Made by a program: the position numbers and the translations under genes
DNA from: an uncultured Gammaproteobacteria bacterium
GTDB lineage: Bacteria; Patescibacteriota; Microgenomatia; UBA10105; UBA927
Direction of reading: 5' to 3'
DNA: 64,000 bases
NCBI GenBank assembly: GCA_964394685.1
Contig: CAYMYO010000002.1
Span: 98,148 to 162,147 of the forward strand
The notes under the pieces: model-generated
Seen by the model: only the letters and a program-made list of their open reading frames with translations
Told to the model about the DNA's origin: nothing
Databases searched by the model: none
Shown here: in pieces, positions 9,861 to 18,940 of the stretch
Position numbering within the stretch: the stretch's first letter is position 1
How the letters are laid out: each line of letters starts with the position of its first letter

Positions 9861-11684
9861 ATGAGCGCTGATGAGATTCGGTCGAAATATTTATCATTTT
9901 TTCAAAAACCTCCCAGGAATCATAAGGTAATTCCATCTGCTCCACTGGTACCTGAAAATGATCCAACAACACTGTTTAACAGCGCTGGTATGCAGCCACT
10001 CATTCCATACCTATTAGGTCAACCTCACCCTTTAGGCAAACGTTTGGTAAACAGTCAAAAATCATTCAGGTCTCAGGATATTGATGAAGTCGGGGATAAC
10101 CGGCATACCACATTTTTTGAAATGCTCGGGAATTGGTCTTTGGGAGATTACTTTAAAAAAGAACAGCTTTCATGGTTTTATGAATTTCTCACACGTGAAT
10201 TGGGACTAGATCCAAAAAAACTGTATATTTCTGTATTTCAAGGAAATGGAAGCGCTCCAAAAGATGAAGAATCATACGGTATTTGGAAAAGCCTTGGATT
10301 CCCTGATGATCACATTTTTTACTACGATGTCAGTAAAAACTGGTGGAGCAGATCTGGAGCTCCAGAACAAATGACTGCTGGTGAACCGGGCGGACCGGAC
10401 AGTGAAGTGTTTTATGACTTCGGCATACCACATGATGCAAAATTCGGTAAGAAATGTCATCCGAATTGCCAATGCGGACGGTTTATGGAAATAGGCAATT
10501 CCGTATTTATGGAATACCAAAAAACATCTGATGGAAACATTGTGCCACTCCCCCAACGAAGCGTAGATTTTGGTGGGGGACTTGAAAGATTTAATGCTGT
10601 TGTTAACGGCACGCCGGATATTTTTACAACAGATAGCTTTTCTTCCATTATTTCCATCATTGAGCATGTTACAAAAAAGTCTTACGGAAAAAACATTGCT
10701 GAAACAACATCCATGCGAATAGTTGCAGACCATATCCGAGGGGCTGTCATGATGATGGCTGATGGAGTAGTACCAGGTAATAAACAACAGGGGTATATGT
10801 TGCGCAGACTCATCCGCAGGTCAATGCTTCATATCCGAAAACTTGGCCTTTGGGGTGAATGGAGTTATATCCCAGCTCTTGTTGCAGCGGTGATCAACCT
10901 CTATGAAGATGCATATCCGGAAATTGTTCCGAAACAGGACATCATTGAGAAACTGTTTATTGATGAAGCAAGCCGTTTTGGAAAAACAATTGAAAAGGGA
11001 CTAAAAGAAATTGAAAAAATTCCAACACTAGACGGAAAACAGGCGTTCACTCTTTATGAAACATACGGATTTCCTTGGGAAGTGACAGAGGAAATTGCAC
11101 GCGATAAAGGGCAAGTAGTTGATAGAGTTCAATTTGAAGATGAATTTAAAAAGCATCAGGAACTTTCGCGGACGGCAAGCGCAGGAATGTTTAAAGGAGG
11201 ACTTGCTGATCACAGTGAGGAAACGACCGAGCTTCATACCGCAACTCACCTATTACATGCAGCACTGCGGAAAGTATTAGGGGATCATATCGGGCAAAAA
11301 GGAAGTAACATAACAGGAGAGCGTTTGCGATTTGATTTTTCCCATCCGACAAAAATTACACCAGATGAACTGAAAACAATTGAAGATTTGGTAAATAACG
11401 CGATCGCGAAAAATTATCAGGTTTCCTATGTGGAGATGGACAAAACCGAAGCACTTGCTTTCGGCGCCCTTGGATTTTTTACGGAAAAATACGGTGACAA
11501 AGTTAAGGTTTATACAATTGGTGCTTCTTGCGAGATTTGTGGTGGACCGCACGTTTCCTTTACAGGGCAGCTTGGGCACTTTACAATAGATAAAGAGGAG
11601 TCAGCGAGTTTCGGCATCCGCCGGATCTATGCACACCTAACTCATGAATCTACCAGAACCACTACAGCAACTGTTTCGTCCTAA
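9861..11684 (+). CDS. alaS: alanine--tRNA ligase, short form (catalytic and editing domains, no C-terminal C-Ala/DHHA1 domain)
   Basis: The N-terminus KYLSFFQKPPRNHKVIPSAPLVP...FNSAGM is class II AlaRS motif 1. The editing-domain motifs HTATHLLHAAL and CGGPHV are present. The protein ends at 607 aa. Confidence 0.85.
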   Translation: MSADEIRSKYLSFFQKPPRNHKVIPSAPLVPENDPTTLFNSAGMQPLIPYLLGQPHPLGKRLVNSQKSFRSQDIDEVGDNRHTTFFEMLGNWSLGDYFKKEQLSWFYEFLTRELGLDPKKLYISVFQGNGSAPKDEESYGIWKSLGFPDDHIFYYDVSKNWWSRSGAPEQMTAGEPGGPDSEVFYDFGIPHDAKFGKKCHPNCQCGRFMEIGNSVFMEYQKTSDGNIVPLPQRSVDFGGGLERFNAVVNGTPDIFTTDSFSSIISIIEHVTKKSYGKNIAETTSMRIVADHIRGAVMMMADGVVPGNKQQGYMLRRLIRRSMLHIRKLGLWGEWSYIPALVAAVINLYEDAYPEIVPKQDIIEKLFIDEASRFGKTIEKGLKEIEKIPTLDGKQAFTLYETYGFPWEVTEEIARDKGQVVDRVQFEDEFKKHQELSRTASAGMFKGGLADHSEETTELHTATHLLHAALRKVLGDHIGQKGSNITGERLRFDFSHPTKITPDELKTIEDLVNNAIAKNYQVSYVEMDKTEALAFGALGFFTEKYGDKVKVYTIGASCEICGGPHVSFTGQLGHFTIDKEESASFGIRRIYAHLTHESTRTTTATVSS

Positions 11685-13821
11685 AAAACCTCGGAAGGAA
11701 CTGTATCTTTCGATTGCGCTTTGCCATTTCCATATCGGAGCATGCGCGTGGTCAATGGATGCTGATGGAGTGCTCCTTGTTGCAGCTTCTGAAAGTAAAA
11801 AACTTGGAGTGTATAGCTGGGAAAATCGTATTGAAATTGCAGACGAGCTCATTGAAAAATTATCTGAATATGCAGGAACTGATGCTATTCACCAAGTAGT
11901 CTTTGGATTGTCTCAAGATATGCTGACTGCGTCAGGAGATATTGAAAAAGGAGTAAAACTTGAGTTGAAAAAGATGTCAACCATGTTGGATTTATCTCCT
12001 GTTGGATTTGTGAATATTGATACAGCAGTGGTATTTCAGATAAAACATGATGAAGGAGTGCCTCCGAGCGTCATTCTTTTACATGTGCAAGGGGATGAAA
12101 TGACTATGTCTCTGTATCGCGTTGGAATCTGTGTTGGGACGCGAACCATTCAAAAAACTGAATTTATTGTTGAAGATGTTGAGACCGCAATCAAAAGCTT
12201 TTCTGACGTTGAAGTGCTCCCCTCCCGGATACTTCTTTTCGGAGATGATACAAATGTTTTGGAAACCATACAATCGCAACTGTTAACACATCAATGGCCA
12301 AACCGAGTAAATTTTCTTCACTATCCAAAAATTGATGTTATGCCTGTGGAAGACGTTGCCCGTGCAGTGGCTCTCGCTGGAGCAAGCGAATTAGCTTCCG
12401 CAATGGGCATTGATACTGAAGAACAAGAAACAACTGTTGTAGCGCAACCAGAAGAAAAGCTTGTCGCTGAAGAAAAACCATCTTCGGAAGATAAAGATAT
12501 TGTTGAGGAAATTGATGATGCATTTGGTAAGGACATAGATAAAGAGAAGTTAGAAGAAATTGAAATTAGTCCTGAAGATGCAAATGTGGTTTCGGTATCA
12601 CCAGAAGTATTAGGGTTTGGGAAAAAACATTTTCAAATGCCTAAAATGCCTAAACTGCCAAAAATACCAATTCACGGAATTACGCTTCCACTTGGAATTA
12701 TCGGAATTCTCATTGTTGTTCTTTTAGGATTTCTTTACTATTTTCTTCCAAAAGCAACTATCACTATCGGTGTACTGCCGCAGGTGATTACCAAGGAAAA
12801 AGCAGTCACTATTTCAACGGTTGCAACAGGAGTAGATGGAGAGAAATTTATTGTTCCGGGGAAAAAACAAGAAAAATCCATATCCGGAGAAAAAACTATG
12901 CCGGTCACCGGAAAGAAAAAAATCGGCGACCCCGCTCGCGGAACAGTCACAGTATATAACCACGATGAGACTAATCCCCTTGTTTTAAAAAGAGGCACAG
13001 TGTTTATTAGTAATTCGTTAGAATTTACTTTAGATAGTGATGTAACGATTCCCTCCGCAAGTGTTTCTGGATTAACGCTTGGTGGCAAGACGACAACATT
13101 TGGAAAACGTTCTGCTGTACTGACAGCATCAAATATTGGAACAGATAGTAATTTGCCAATTGATCAAAAATTTACTGTTAAGAATATGTCTACAGAAGAT
13201 GTTACTGCATCAAATGCGCAGGCATTTACTGGAGGAACGAGCAGACAAGCAACTGTTGTATCACGGGCTGATTATGATGCGCTCATCAAGGCACTCACCG
13301 ATGAGCTGGTTGTCAAAGCAAAAGAAGAACTTTCCCAAGGAGTGATAGGAGGAGAAAAATTAATTGAGCAGACAATCAAAACAACGGTGACAAGTAAAAC
13401 ATTTACAGAAGAATTGGATCAGGAAGCAAAAGAGTTGCATGGTAAGGCAACTATAACCGTAAGTGGAACTTCGTATAAAGAGGAGGATATTCAATTACTT
13501 TTGTTAACGCTCGCTTCTAAAGATATTCAATCAGGATATATCGCAAATGAAGGAAGAACGACCATAACAGTGACAAGTCCAATAGTGAAAAAAGACGGAA
13601 CTATTGCCGCTCAAGCTTCAATTCGATTGGTATCTATTCCAAAAATTGATGTTGAGAAGGTACGAAAATCACTGGTAGGAAAATCATTTATGAGTGCTCA
13701 AGCACTCTTAAAACAAATTCAGGGAGTGGGAAGCGCTGAGTTTGTATTTAAACGATCACTTGGGAATAAACTTCCGTTAAAAGCAACGAATATCACCATT
13801 GACGTTGTCATAGTCCAGTAA
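11644..13821 (+). CDS. hypothetical bitopic membrane protein. It has a ~340 aa cytoplasmic domain that may be actin-like (FtsA/PilM-like), a single TM, and a ~360 aa extracytoplasmic T/S/K-rich domain.
   Basis: One TM helix, ITLPLGIIGILIVVLLGFLYYFL. The N-terminal region has an alternating hydrophobic pattern reminiscent of the actin-fold N-terminus, which is only a weak inference. It overlaps the alaS 3' end by 41 nt. Confidence 0.45.
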   Translation: MNLPEPLQQLFRPKKPRKELYLSIALCHFHIGACAWSMDADGVLLVAASESKKLGVYSWENRIEIADELIEKLSEYAGTDAIHQVVFGLSQDMLTASGDIEKGVKLELKKMSTMLDLSPVGFVNIDTAVVFQIKHDEGVPPSVILLHVQGDEMTMSLYRVGICVGTRTIQKTEFIVEDVETAIKSFSDVEVLPSRILLFGDDTNVLETIQSQLLTHQWPNRVNFLHYPKIDVMPVEDVARAVALAGASELASAMGIDTEEQETTVVAQPEEKLVAEEKPSSEDKDIVEEIDDAFGKDIDKEKLEEIEISPEDANVVSVSPEVLGFGKKHFQMPKMPKLPKIPIHGITLPLGIIGILIVVLLGFLYYFLPKATITIGVLPQVITKEKAVTISTVATGVDGEKFIVPGKKQEKSISGEKTMPVTGKKKIGDPARGTVTVYNHDETNPLVLKRGTVFISNSLEFTLDSDVTIPSASVSGLTLGGKTTTFGKRSAVLTASNIGTDSNLPIDQKFTVKNMSTEDVTASNAQAFTGGTSRQATVVSRADYDALIKALTDELVVKAKEELSQGVIGGEKLIEQTIKTTVTSKTFTEELDQEAKELHGKATITVSGTSYKEEDIQLLLLTLASKDIQSGYIANEGRTTITVTSPIVKKDGTIAAQASIRLVSIPKIDVEKVRKSLVGKSFMSAQALLKQIQGVGSAEFVFKRSLGNKLPLKATNITIDVVIVQ

Positions 13822-13822
13822 T

Positions 13823-14503
13823 ATGCCACTGTACCGCTACGTGAAAGCCATACCAAAAAAACCGGTGAAACGATCGGTGTACGTATCATATGGTCTTATG
13901 GGGACAGGAGTATTGATTTTATTATGGACTCTCTGGCCAATTCTATCTTTTTCAACGCTTGCCAACTCGCTATCTAAAACAGTTTCTCCAGTAGGTCCGT
14001 TTACCCCTATTGCACAAGCAGCAGATATTCTAAATCCTAATACGTGGTTTCCGACGTCTCCACAAAAACGAGTGACGGCGAAAGTAAACACGTACACGCT
14101 TTCTATTCCTAAGATAAAGATCAAAGACGCATTGGTCACTATATCTGGAGATGATTTAATGGTGAGTTTAGTGCATTATGGAGGTACTCCGTTGCCGGGG
14201 CAGTATGGTAATAGTGTGATATTTGGTCACTCAACCCTTCCGCAATTTTTTAGTCCGACGAATTACAAAACAATATTTTCACTTCTTCCAACGATGAAAA
14301 TTGGTGATGTTATAGATGTGATGTATGATGGAGTCAAATATTCTTATATTGTGTATGACATGGTGGTAGTTGAACCGACGGATTTATCTCCTCTTGAACA
14401 GCGATTTGATGATTCATATATGACCCTCGTAACGTGTGTTCCACCGGGAACCTATTGGAAGCGGCTTAATGTAAAAGCGCGGCTTATGAAAACACCATCA
14501 TAG
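13823..14503 (+). CDS. sortase family transpeptidase
   Basis: An N-terminal TM anchor is followed by the conserved His (VIFGHSTL), the catalytic Cys in LVTCVP, and a downstream Arg, the sortase H/C/R triad. Confidence 0.7.
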   Translation: MPLYRYVKAIPKKPVKRSVYVSYGLMGTGVLILLWTLWPILSFSTLANSLSKTVSPVGPFTPIAQAADILNPNTWFPTSPQKRVTAKVNTYTLSIPKIKIKDALVTISGDDLMVSLVHYGGTPLPGQYGNSVIFGHSTLPQFFSPTNYKTIFSLLPTMKIGDVIDVMYDGVKYSYIVYDMVVVEPTDLSPLEQRFDDSYMTLVTCVPPGTYWKRLNVKARLMKTPS

Positions 14504-14533
14504 TGACAACGTGATATACTATGCATACAGAAT

Positions 14534-14725
14534 ATGTTTAAAAACATGATCGCACCAGTACAAGCATGGCTTCTTTCCCAAGGAAAATGTGTTGGATGTG
14601 GAAAACCATTGGATAAACCTCAAGGAAAGGGATTTCTTCAGATAACGTGTGCGTGTGGACGGATGTATATGTTTGATGCCCAATCAAATAAATACAGGAG
14701 GGCAACGCTCGATGAAATTAAATAA
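14534..14725 (+). CDS. small zinc-ribbon protein (CxxC...CxC)
   Basis: 63 aa with CVGCGKP...ITCACGRMY. It overlaps the mltG start by 14 nt. Confidence 0.4.
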   Translation: MFKNMIAPVQAWLLSQGKCVGCGKPLDKPQGKGFLQITCACGRMYMFDAQSNKYRRATLDEIK

Positions 14726-15692
14726 TATTGTGAAGGTCCGCATCATTGTTACTGTGATTATTATTTTCTTTTCTGTGTTGGGTGGATATCTTTGGTGGAC
14801 GTATGCGATGGGGCCAGTCGATACAAATGATACTACACCAATGATGTTTGTTGTTCCCCGCGGGCAAGGATCCAAAGAATTATCGAAGCGACTTGCAACA
14901 ACTGGACTTATTCGAAGTCAAATTGGTTTTTATCTTCTTGTACGGTTTTTCGGAACCGATGGACAAATCCAGGCAGGGGATTTCCGCTTAAATAAATCCA
15001 TGGATGCAAAAACCATTGCCTCGGAACTCACCCGCGGCATGCTTGATGTTTGGGTGACAACATTAGAAGGATGGAGAAATGAAGAAATTGCAATGGTGCT
15101 TTCTAAAGACTTGAATATTCCGGAAAAAGAATTTTTAGAAGTAGCTCAAGAAGGGTATATGTTTCCTGATACATATCTTATCCCAAAAGATGCAACAGCA
15201 GGGGCAATTGTTTCAATGTTTATTGATAATTTCAATAAAAAAGTTACACCAGAAATGTTGAGCACACTTAAAAAAGAAGGGATGACAAAAGATGAACTTG
15301 TTATTATTGCGTCACTGGTTGAACGGGAAGGGAGAACGAATACCGATCGGCCAATTATTGCTGGCATTCTTCTTAATCGTCTTCGGAGAAACTGGCCTTT
15401 ACAGGTTGATGCAACACTTCAATATGCTCTTGGGTATCAACAACGGGAAAAAATATGGTGGAAAAAAGAGTTGACTGATGAAGACAAAAAAATTGATTCT
15501 CAATACAATACCTATCTCAATCCTGGACTTCCTCCTGCACCAATTGCAAATTCTGGACTTGAAGCAATTAAAGCAGTTATCAATTCTCAAGTAACCGAAT
15601 ATATGTTTTATTTGCATGATAAAAATGGTGTGGCTCATTATGCTAAAACTATTGAGGGTCACGTAGAAAATATAACCAAATATTTAGAGTAA
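14712..15692 (+). CDS. mltG: endolytic murein transglycosylase MltG (YceG family)
   Basis: An N-terminal TM and then the YceG-like domain: FVVPRGQGSKELSKRL...DFRLNKSMDAKTI...ASLVEREGRTNTDRPIIAGILLNRL...YNTYLNPGLPPAPIANSG. Confidence 0.8.
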   Translation: MKLNNIVKVRIIVTVIIIFFSVLGGYLWWTYAMGPVDTNDTTPMMFVVPRGQGSKELSKRLATTGLIRSQIGFYLLVRFFGTDGQIQAGDFRLNKSMDAKTIASELTRGMLDVWVTTLEGWRNEEIAMVLSKDLNIPEKEFLEVAQEGYMFPDTYLIPKDATAGAIVSMFIDNFNKKVTPEMLSTLKKEGMTKDELVIIASLVEREGRTNTDRPIIAGILLNRLRRNWPLQVDATLQYALGYQQREKIWWKKELTDEDKKIDSQYNTYLNPGLPPAPIANSGLEAIKAVINSQVTEYMFYLHDKNGVAHYAKTIEGHVENITKYLE

Positions 15693-15696
15693 TTTC

Positions 15697-17376
15697 ATGA
15701 AGCGGCTGTTTTATTATATTGTTAGTTTCTTTGTTTTTCTTGTGCTTCCATTTTCAGTTCGCGCGGAAGATATCCGTAATTTTACCACAACTATCACAGT
15801 TGCAAACAATAGTTCCATGACTGTGTCTGAGGATATTACATATAATTTCGGTACTGTTGACCGGCATGGAATATTTCGAACTATTCCCATAACGAAAACC
15901 AATGATCAGGGGGAGAAATTTAAACTCGATATTACTGGGATTAGTGTCGTGGATAGTCAGGGAGTGCCGTATCAAATGCAACAAACGTCCACTTCAGATG
16001 AAATAACATTGAAAATCGGAGATCCGAATAAAACCATTACTGGTGTTTATACCTATCGTATTACATATACTGTTTCTGGAGCATTCGTTCCATTTTCTGA
16101 TCATGATGAATTATATTGGAATATCGTCGAAACAAAATGGGAAGTGCCTATTCAGAAAGTCAGAGTTGTCGTGCAGTTTCCCTTTTCATCCGTTTCTGGT
16201 GACATACAACTTGCCTGTTACACAGGAGTGTATAAAAGTATTTCCCAAGGATGTACGACTTCATACAACAGCGGTACGGTAACTGTTGATTCAACAAGTA
16301 GTTTATCCTCAGGAGAAGGGTTATCTGTTGTCATTGGGTTTCCGAAAAATTTACTCACAATTACTGAAGCCAAAAAAATTAATACTAGATGGGAAACCAT
16401 CATTGGATTTATCATGAGCATACTATTTATTCTAGCTGGGCTCTCTTGGTATGTGGTTGCTCCGCTTTGGATAATTATTCATTGGTATAGAATTGGTCGT
16501 GATCCGAAAGGAACCGTCGGAGCCGCGCATGTGTGGTTTGACGTGCCGAAGTTAAAAAATGGGAAAATACTTACTCCTGGTGAAACAGGAACGCTGGTCG
16601 ATGAGACAACAGATTTAAAGGATATTACCGCGACAATTATTGATTTAGCGAGACGCGGATATACAAAAATTGTTGAAAAAAAGAAAAATGATTTTTACCT
16701 GGAAAAAACAACGCCAAAAAAAGATGCAGGCATGGATTCATTTGAGAAAAAATTATATAATGGAATATTTGATGGAGAAGAAAGCATACGGATTAAGGGT
16801 ACAGATTTGGCTCCAGTTGTATCAATTACGAAAGCAGAGCTGTATGAGACCGTGGTGCGGGATGGATTATTTCCAAAAAATCCGCAAACTCAGAGGACTA
16901 TGTATTATATTCTTGCAGCTGTTGCGTTATTTACCGGTAATTTATTACTTGCAGCTGTTGCGTTTTTGTTTGGTCGGGCAATGCCACGAAAAACTATTGA
17001 TGGAGTCAATGCCGCAAATGTTGCTGCTGCGCTCAAGGGTTTTATTGTTTCTCAGGATAGGCAGTATAAATTCCAGGCAGAAAAACAGCTCTTATTTGAA
17101 AAAATGCTTCCCTATGCAATTATCTTTGGAGTTGAAAAAATTTGGGCACAGCGTTTTAAAAATATAGACATAAGTCAGCCATCTTGGTACCAGTCATACA
17201 ATAGTAGTGCTTTTACCACTATGTATTTAGCGAGCAGTCTAAGTCACAGTTTTTCCTCTAGTGTTGTGAGTGCCGCTACACCAATGCGTTCATCATCTGG
17301 ATTTTCATCTGGATTTTCCAGTGGAGGTGGGTTTTCCGGCGGCGGAGGCGGTGGTGGAGGAGGCGGAAGTTGGTAG
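15697..17376 (+). CDS. DUF2207-type membrane protein with a Gly/Ser-rich C-terminal tail
   Basis: A signal peptide, a long extracellular beta-rich domain, TM helices around residues 235-260 and 400-420, and a C-terminal SSGFSSGFSSGGGFSGGGGGGGGGGSW. Confidence 0.6.
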   Translation: MKRLFYYIVSFFVFLVLPFSVRAEDIRNFTTTITVANNSSMTVSEDITYNFGTVDRHGIFRTIPITKTNDQGEKFKLDITGISVVDSQGVPYQMQQTSTSDEITLKIGDPNKTITGVYTYRITYTVSGAFVPFSDHDELYWNIVETKWEVPIQKVRVVVQFPFSSVSGDIQLACYTGVYKSISQGCTTSYNSGTVTVDSTSSLSSGEGLSVVIGFPKNLLTITEAKKINTRWETIIGFIMSILFILAGLSWYVVAPLWIIIHWYRIGRDPKGTVGAAHVWFDVPKLKNGKILTPGETGTLVDETTDLKDITATIIDLARRGYTKIVEKKKNDFYLEKTTPKKDAGMDSFEKKLYNGIFDGEESIRIKGTDLAPVVSITKAELYETVVRDGLFPKNPQTQRTMYYILAAVALFTGNLLLAAVAFLFGRAMPRKTIDGVNAANVAAALKGFIVSQDRQYKFQAEKQLLFEKMLPYAIIFGVEKIWAQRFKNIDISQPSWYQSYNSSAFTTMYLASSLSHSFSSSVVSAATPMRSSSGFSSGFSSGGGFSGGGGGGGGGGSW

Positions 17377-17433
17377 TATCTAATACCCTATAATAAAGGT
17401 ATAATAGAAAAGCAGTATGGAAGGAGAATAATT

Positions 17434-17517
17434 ATGGCACGACTAGTGAAAATAACAGCACAGGAACCATTTGAGGTTAAACCACAAGTGAAATCCGTGC
17501 ATATTTGTATGTGTTGA
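17434..17517 (+). CDS. candidate small ORF (27 aa, MARLVKITAQEPFEVKPQVKSVHICMC)
   Basis: A strong Shine-Dalgarno, AAGGAG, sits 7 nt upstream of the ATG. This ORF is not in the track because it is shorter than 60 aa. Confidence 0.25.
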   Translation: MARLVKITAQEPFEVKPQVKSVHICMC

Positions 17518-17553
17518 TTATCGAAAAATCAACCATTTTGTGATGGATCACAC

Positions 17554-17682
17554 ATGAAAACGAACAATGAAGATGAAAAAAAAGTATATGTTTATAGCGA
17601 TAGCGAATCGCGGAAGGAGGTGTGCGATTGCAGCAGCGACAAAAAGTGCGACTGCGGAAGCGCGTGTTGTGAAGGTAAGTAA
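17554..17682 (+). CDS. candidate small cysteine-rich peptide (42 aa)
   Basis: MKTNNEDEKKVYVYSDSESRKEVCDCSSDKKCDCGSACCEGK has 6 Cys in its last 18 residues arranged as CxC...CxC...CC. It has no obvious Shine-Dalgarno. Confidence 0.25.
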   Translation: MKTNNEDEKKVYVYSDSESRKEVCDCSSDKKCDCGSACCEGK

Positions 17683-17711
17683 AAAGGTGTTTTTTTAAAG
17701 AAAGTATTATT

Positions 17712-18101
17712 ATGGCAATGAAATTGTTTGTTGGTAGTTTATCGTATAACACAACTGATCAAACGCTCCGCGATGCATTTTCGCAAGCTGGAACAGTCGT
17801 CACCGCAACGGTAATCATGGACAAATTTTCCGGCAGATCCAAAGGATTTGGATTTGTGGAAATGAGTTCAGATGATGAAGCTAAAAAGGCGATGGAAATG
17901 TGGAATGGGAAAGACCTAGATGGTCGAACTCTCATCGTAAACGAAGCACGTCCTATGGTTCCCCGAGATCAACGCCCAGGAGGCGGATTCGGTGGAGGTG
18001 GTGGACGAGGTGGATACGGTGGTGGATCACGCGGCGGATTTGGTGGTGGACGAGGTGGAGATCGCGGCGGACGGGATGATCGCGGCGGACGGGATTGGTA
18101 A
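17712..18101 (+). CDS. glycine-rich RNA-binding protein (RRM domain with an RGG/Gly-rich tail)
   Basis: RNP-2 LFVGSL and RNP-1 KGFGFVEM are followed by GGGFGGGGGRGGYGGGSRGGFGGGRGGDRGGRDDRGGRDW. Confidence 0.8.
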   Translation: MAMKLFVGSLSYNTTDQTLRDAFSQAGTVVTATVIMDKFSGRSKGFGFVEMSSDDEAKKAMEMWNGKDLDGRTLIVNEARPMVPRDQRPGGGFGGGGGRGGYGGGSRGGFGGGRGGDRGGRDDRGGRDW

Positions 18102-18117
18102 ATAAAACCTTCTGTCT

Positions 18118-18318
18118 ATGATAAAGACTCTAGCTCTTATTATCGGAGGACTAATGGCTGTTGGTGTATTAGCAGTGGCTTTTAAAACAGTTACAGGTGA
18201 AGATGCGTGGATTTGTTCCGGTGGAACATGGGTGAAACATGGGAAACCATTTTTACCTCAACCGACATTTCCTTGTCCTACTATTGAACTGACGCCAACG
18301 ATAAAAAATAAACGATAA
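18118..18318 (+). CDS. small membrane protein, hypothetical
   Basis: 66 aa with one TM helix LALIIGGLMAVGVLAVAF. Confidence 0.35.
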   Translation: MIKTLALIIGGLMAVGVLAVAFKTVTGEDAWICSGGTWVKHGKPFLPQPTFPCPTIELTPTIKNKR

Positions 18319-18334
18319 AATAATAAAACAAAAA

Positions 18335-18366
18335 ACAGTCCGTGTTTTTCATGGGCTGTTTTTTTG
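18335..18366 (+). terminator. rho-independent terminator
   Basis: A 10-bp stem ACAGTCCGTG / CATGGGCTGT with two G-U pairs and a 5-nt loop is followed by TTTTTTTGTTG. Confidence 0.5.
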
Positions 18367-18393
18367 TTGTAGAATGAATACAAGGAGTACAGT

Positions 18394-18810
18394 ATGCCTT
18401 GGTATGTGTATGCGTTTTTATCCGCAATTTTTGCTGCAGCAGTTGCAATACTTGGGAAAATTGGAGTAGCAAACATTAATTCCAACCTCGCTACAGCAAT
18501 CCGGACCATTGTCATTTTTGCGTGGGGTATTGTATTTGCACAGGGGACGCATAAGCAATTAGGAAGCATTCCAAAAAATACAATCATCTTTTTAATTCTG
18601 TCTGGGATAGCGACGGGTTTATCATGGCTCTTTTATTTTAGAGCACTCCAACTTGGGACCGCCTCACAGGTGGCTCCGATTGATAAATTCAGCCTGGTTT
18701 TGACGATTATCTTTGCATTTTTATTTTTGAAAGAAAAAGTTACTCTGTCGGTACTAGCTGGGGTTATTTGTATTACTATCGGAATCTTACTCGTACTTCT
18801 CAATAAATAA
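18394..18810 (+). CDS. EamA-like small (4-TM) transporter
   Basis: 138 aa with four TM helices and a single EamA-type half-transporter. Confidence 0.5.
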   Translation: MPWYVYAFLSAIFAAAVAILGKIGVANINSNLATAIRTIVIFAWGIVFAQGTHKQLGSIPKNTIIFLILSGIATGLSWLFYFRALQLGTASQVAPIDKFSLVLTIIFAFLFLKEKVTLSVLAGVICITIGILLVLLNK

Positions 18811-18819
18811 TTCTCCTAG

Positions 18820-18847
18820 TTGACAGGATGGGAAATATAAGTATAAT
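18820..18847 (+). promoter_or_regulatory. candidate sigma70-type promoter for rpoBC, TTGACA-N16-TATAAT
   Basis: A consensus -35 at 18820-18825 and a consensus -10 at 18842-18847. A leader hairpin lies at 18874-18892. Confidence 0.45.
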
Positions 18848-18940
18848 TAATGGTAATTGAATAGCCTAAAGAGGTGAACGATCATTGTTCACTTCTTTCT
18901 TTTGCGTTTTTATTAAAGAATTTATAGGGATTTATTGTTA

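Noticed and set aside
16670-17167. A 165-aa plus-strand ORF in an alternate frame inside the DUF2207 gene.
   Set aside because: It overlaps a longer coherent ORF in the same orientation. Its K/L/R-rich composition is typical of an out-of-frame translation of AT-rich coding DNA.
17222-18101. GGNGGN-rich tracts at 17300-17375 and 17985-18100 as possible tandem-repeat or CRISPR-like elements.
   Set aside because: They are in-frame glycine-rich protein tails (the DUF2207 C-terminus and the RGG tail of the RRM protein), not spacer-repeat arrays.
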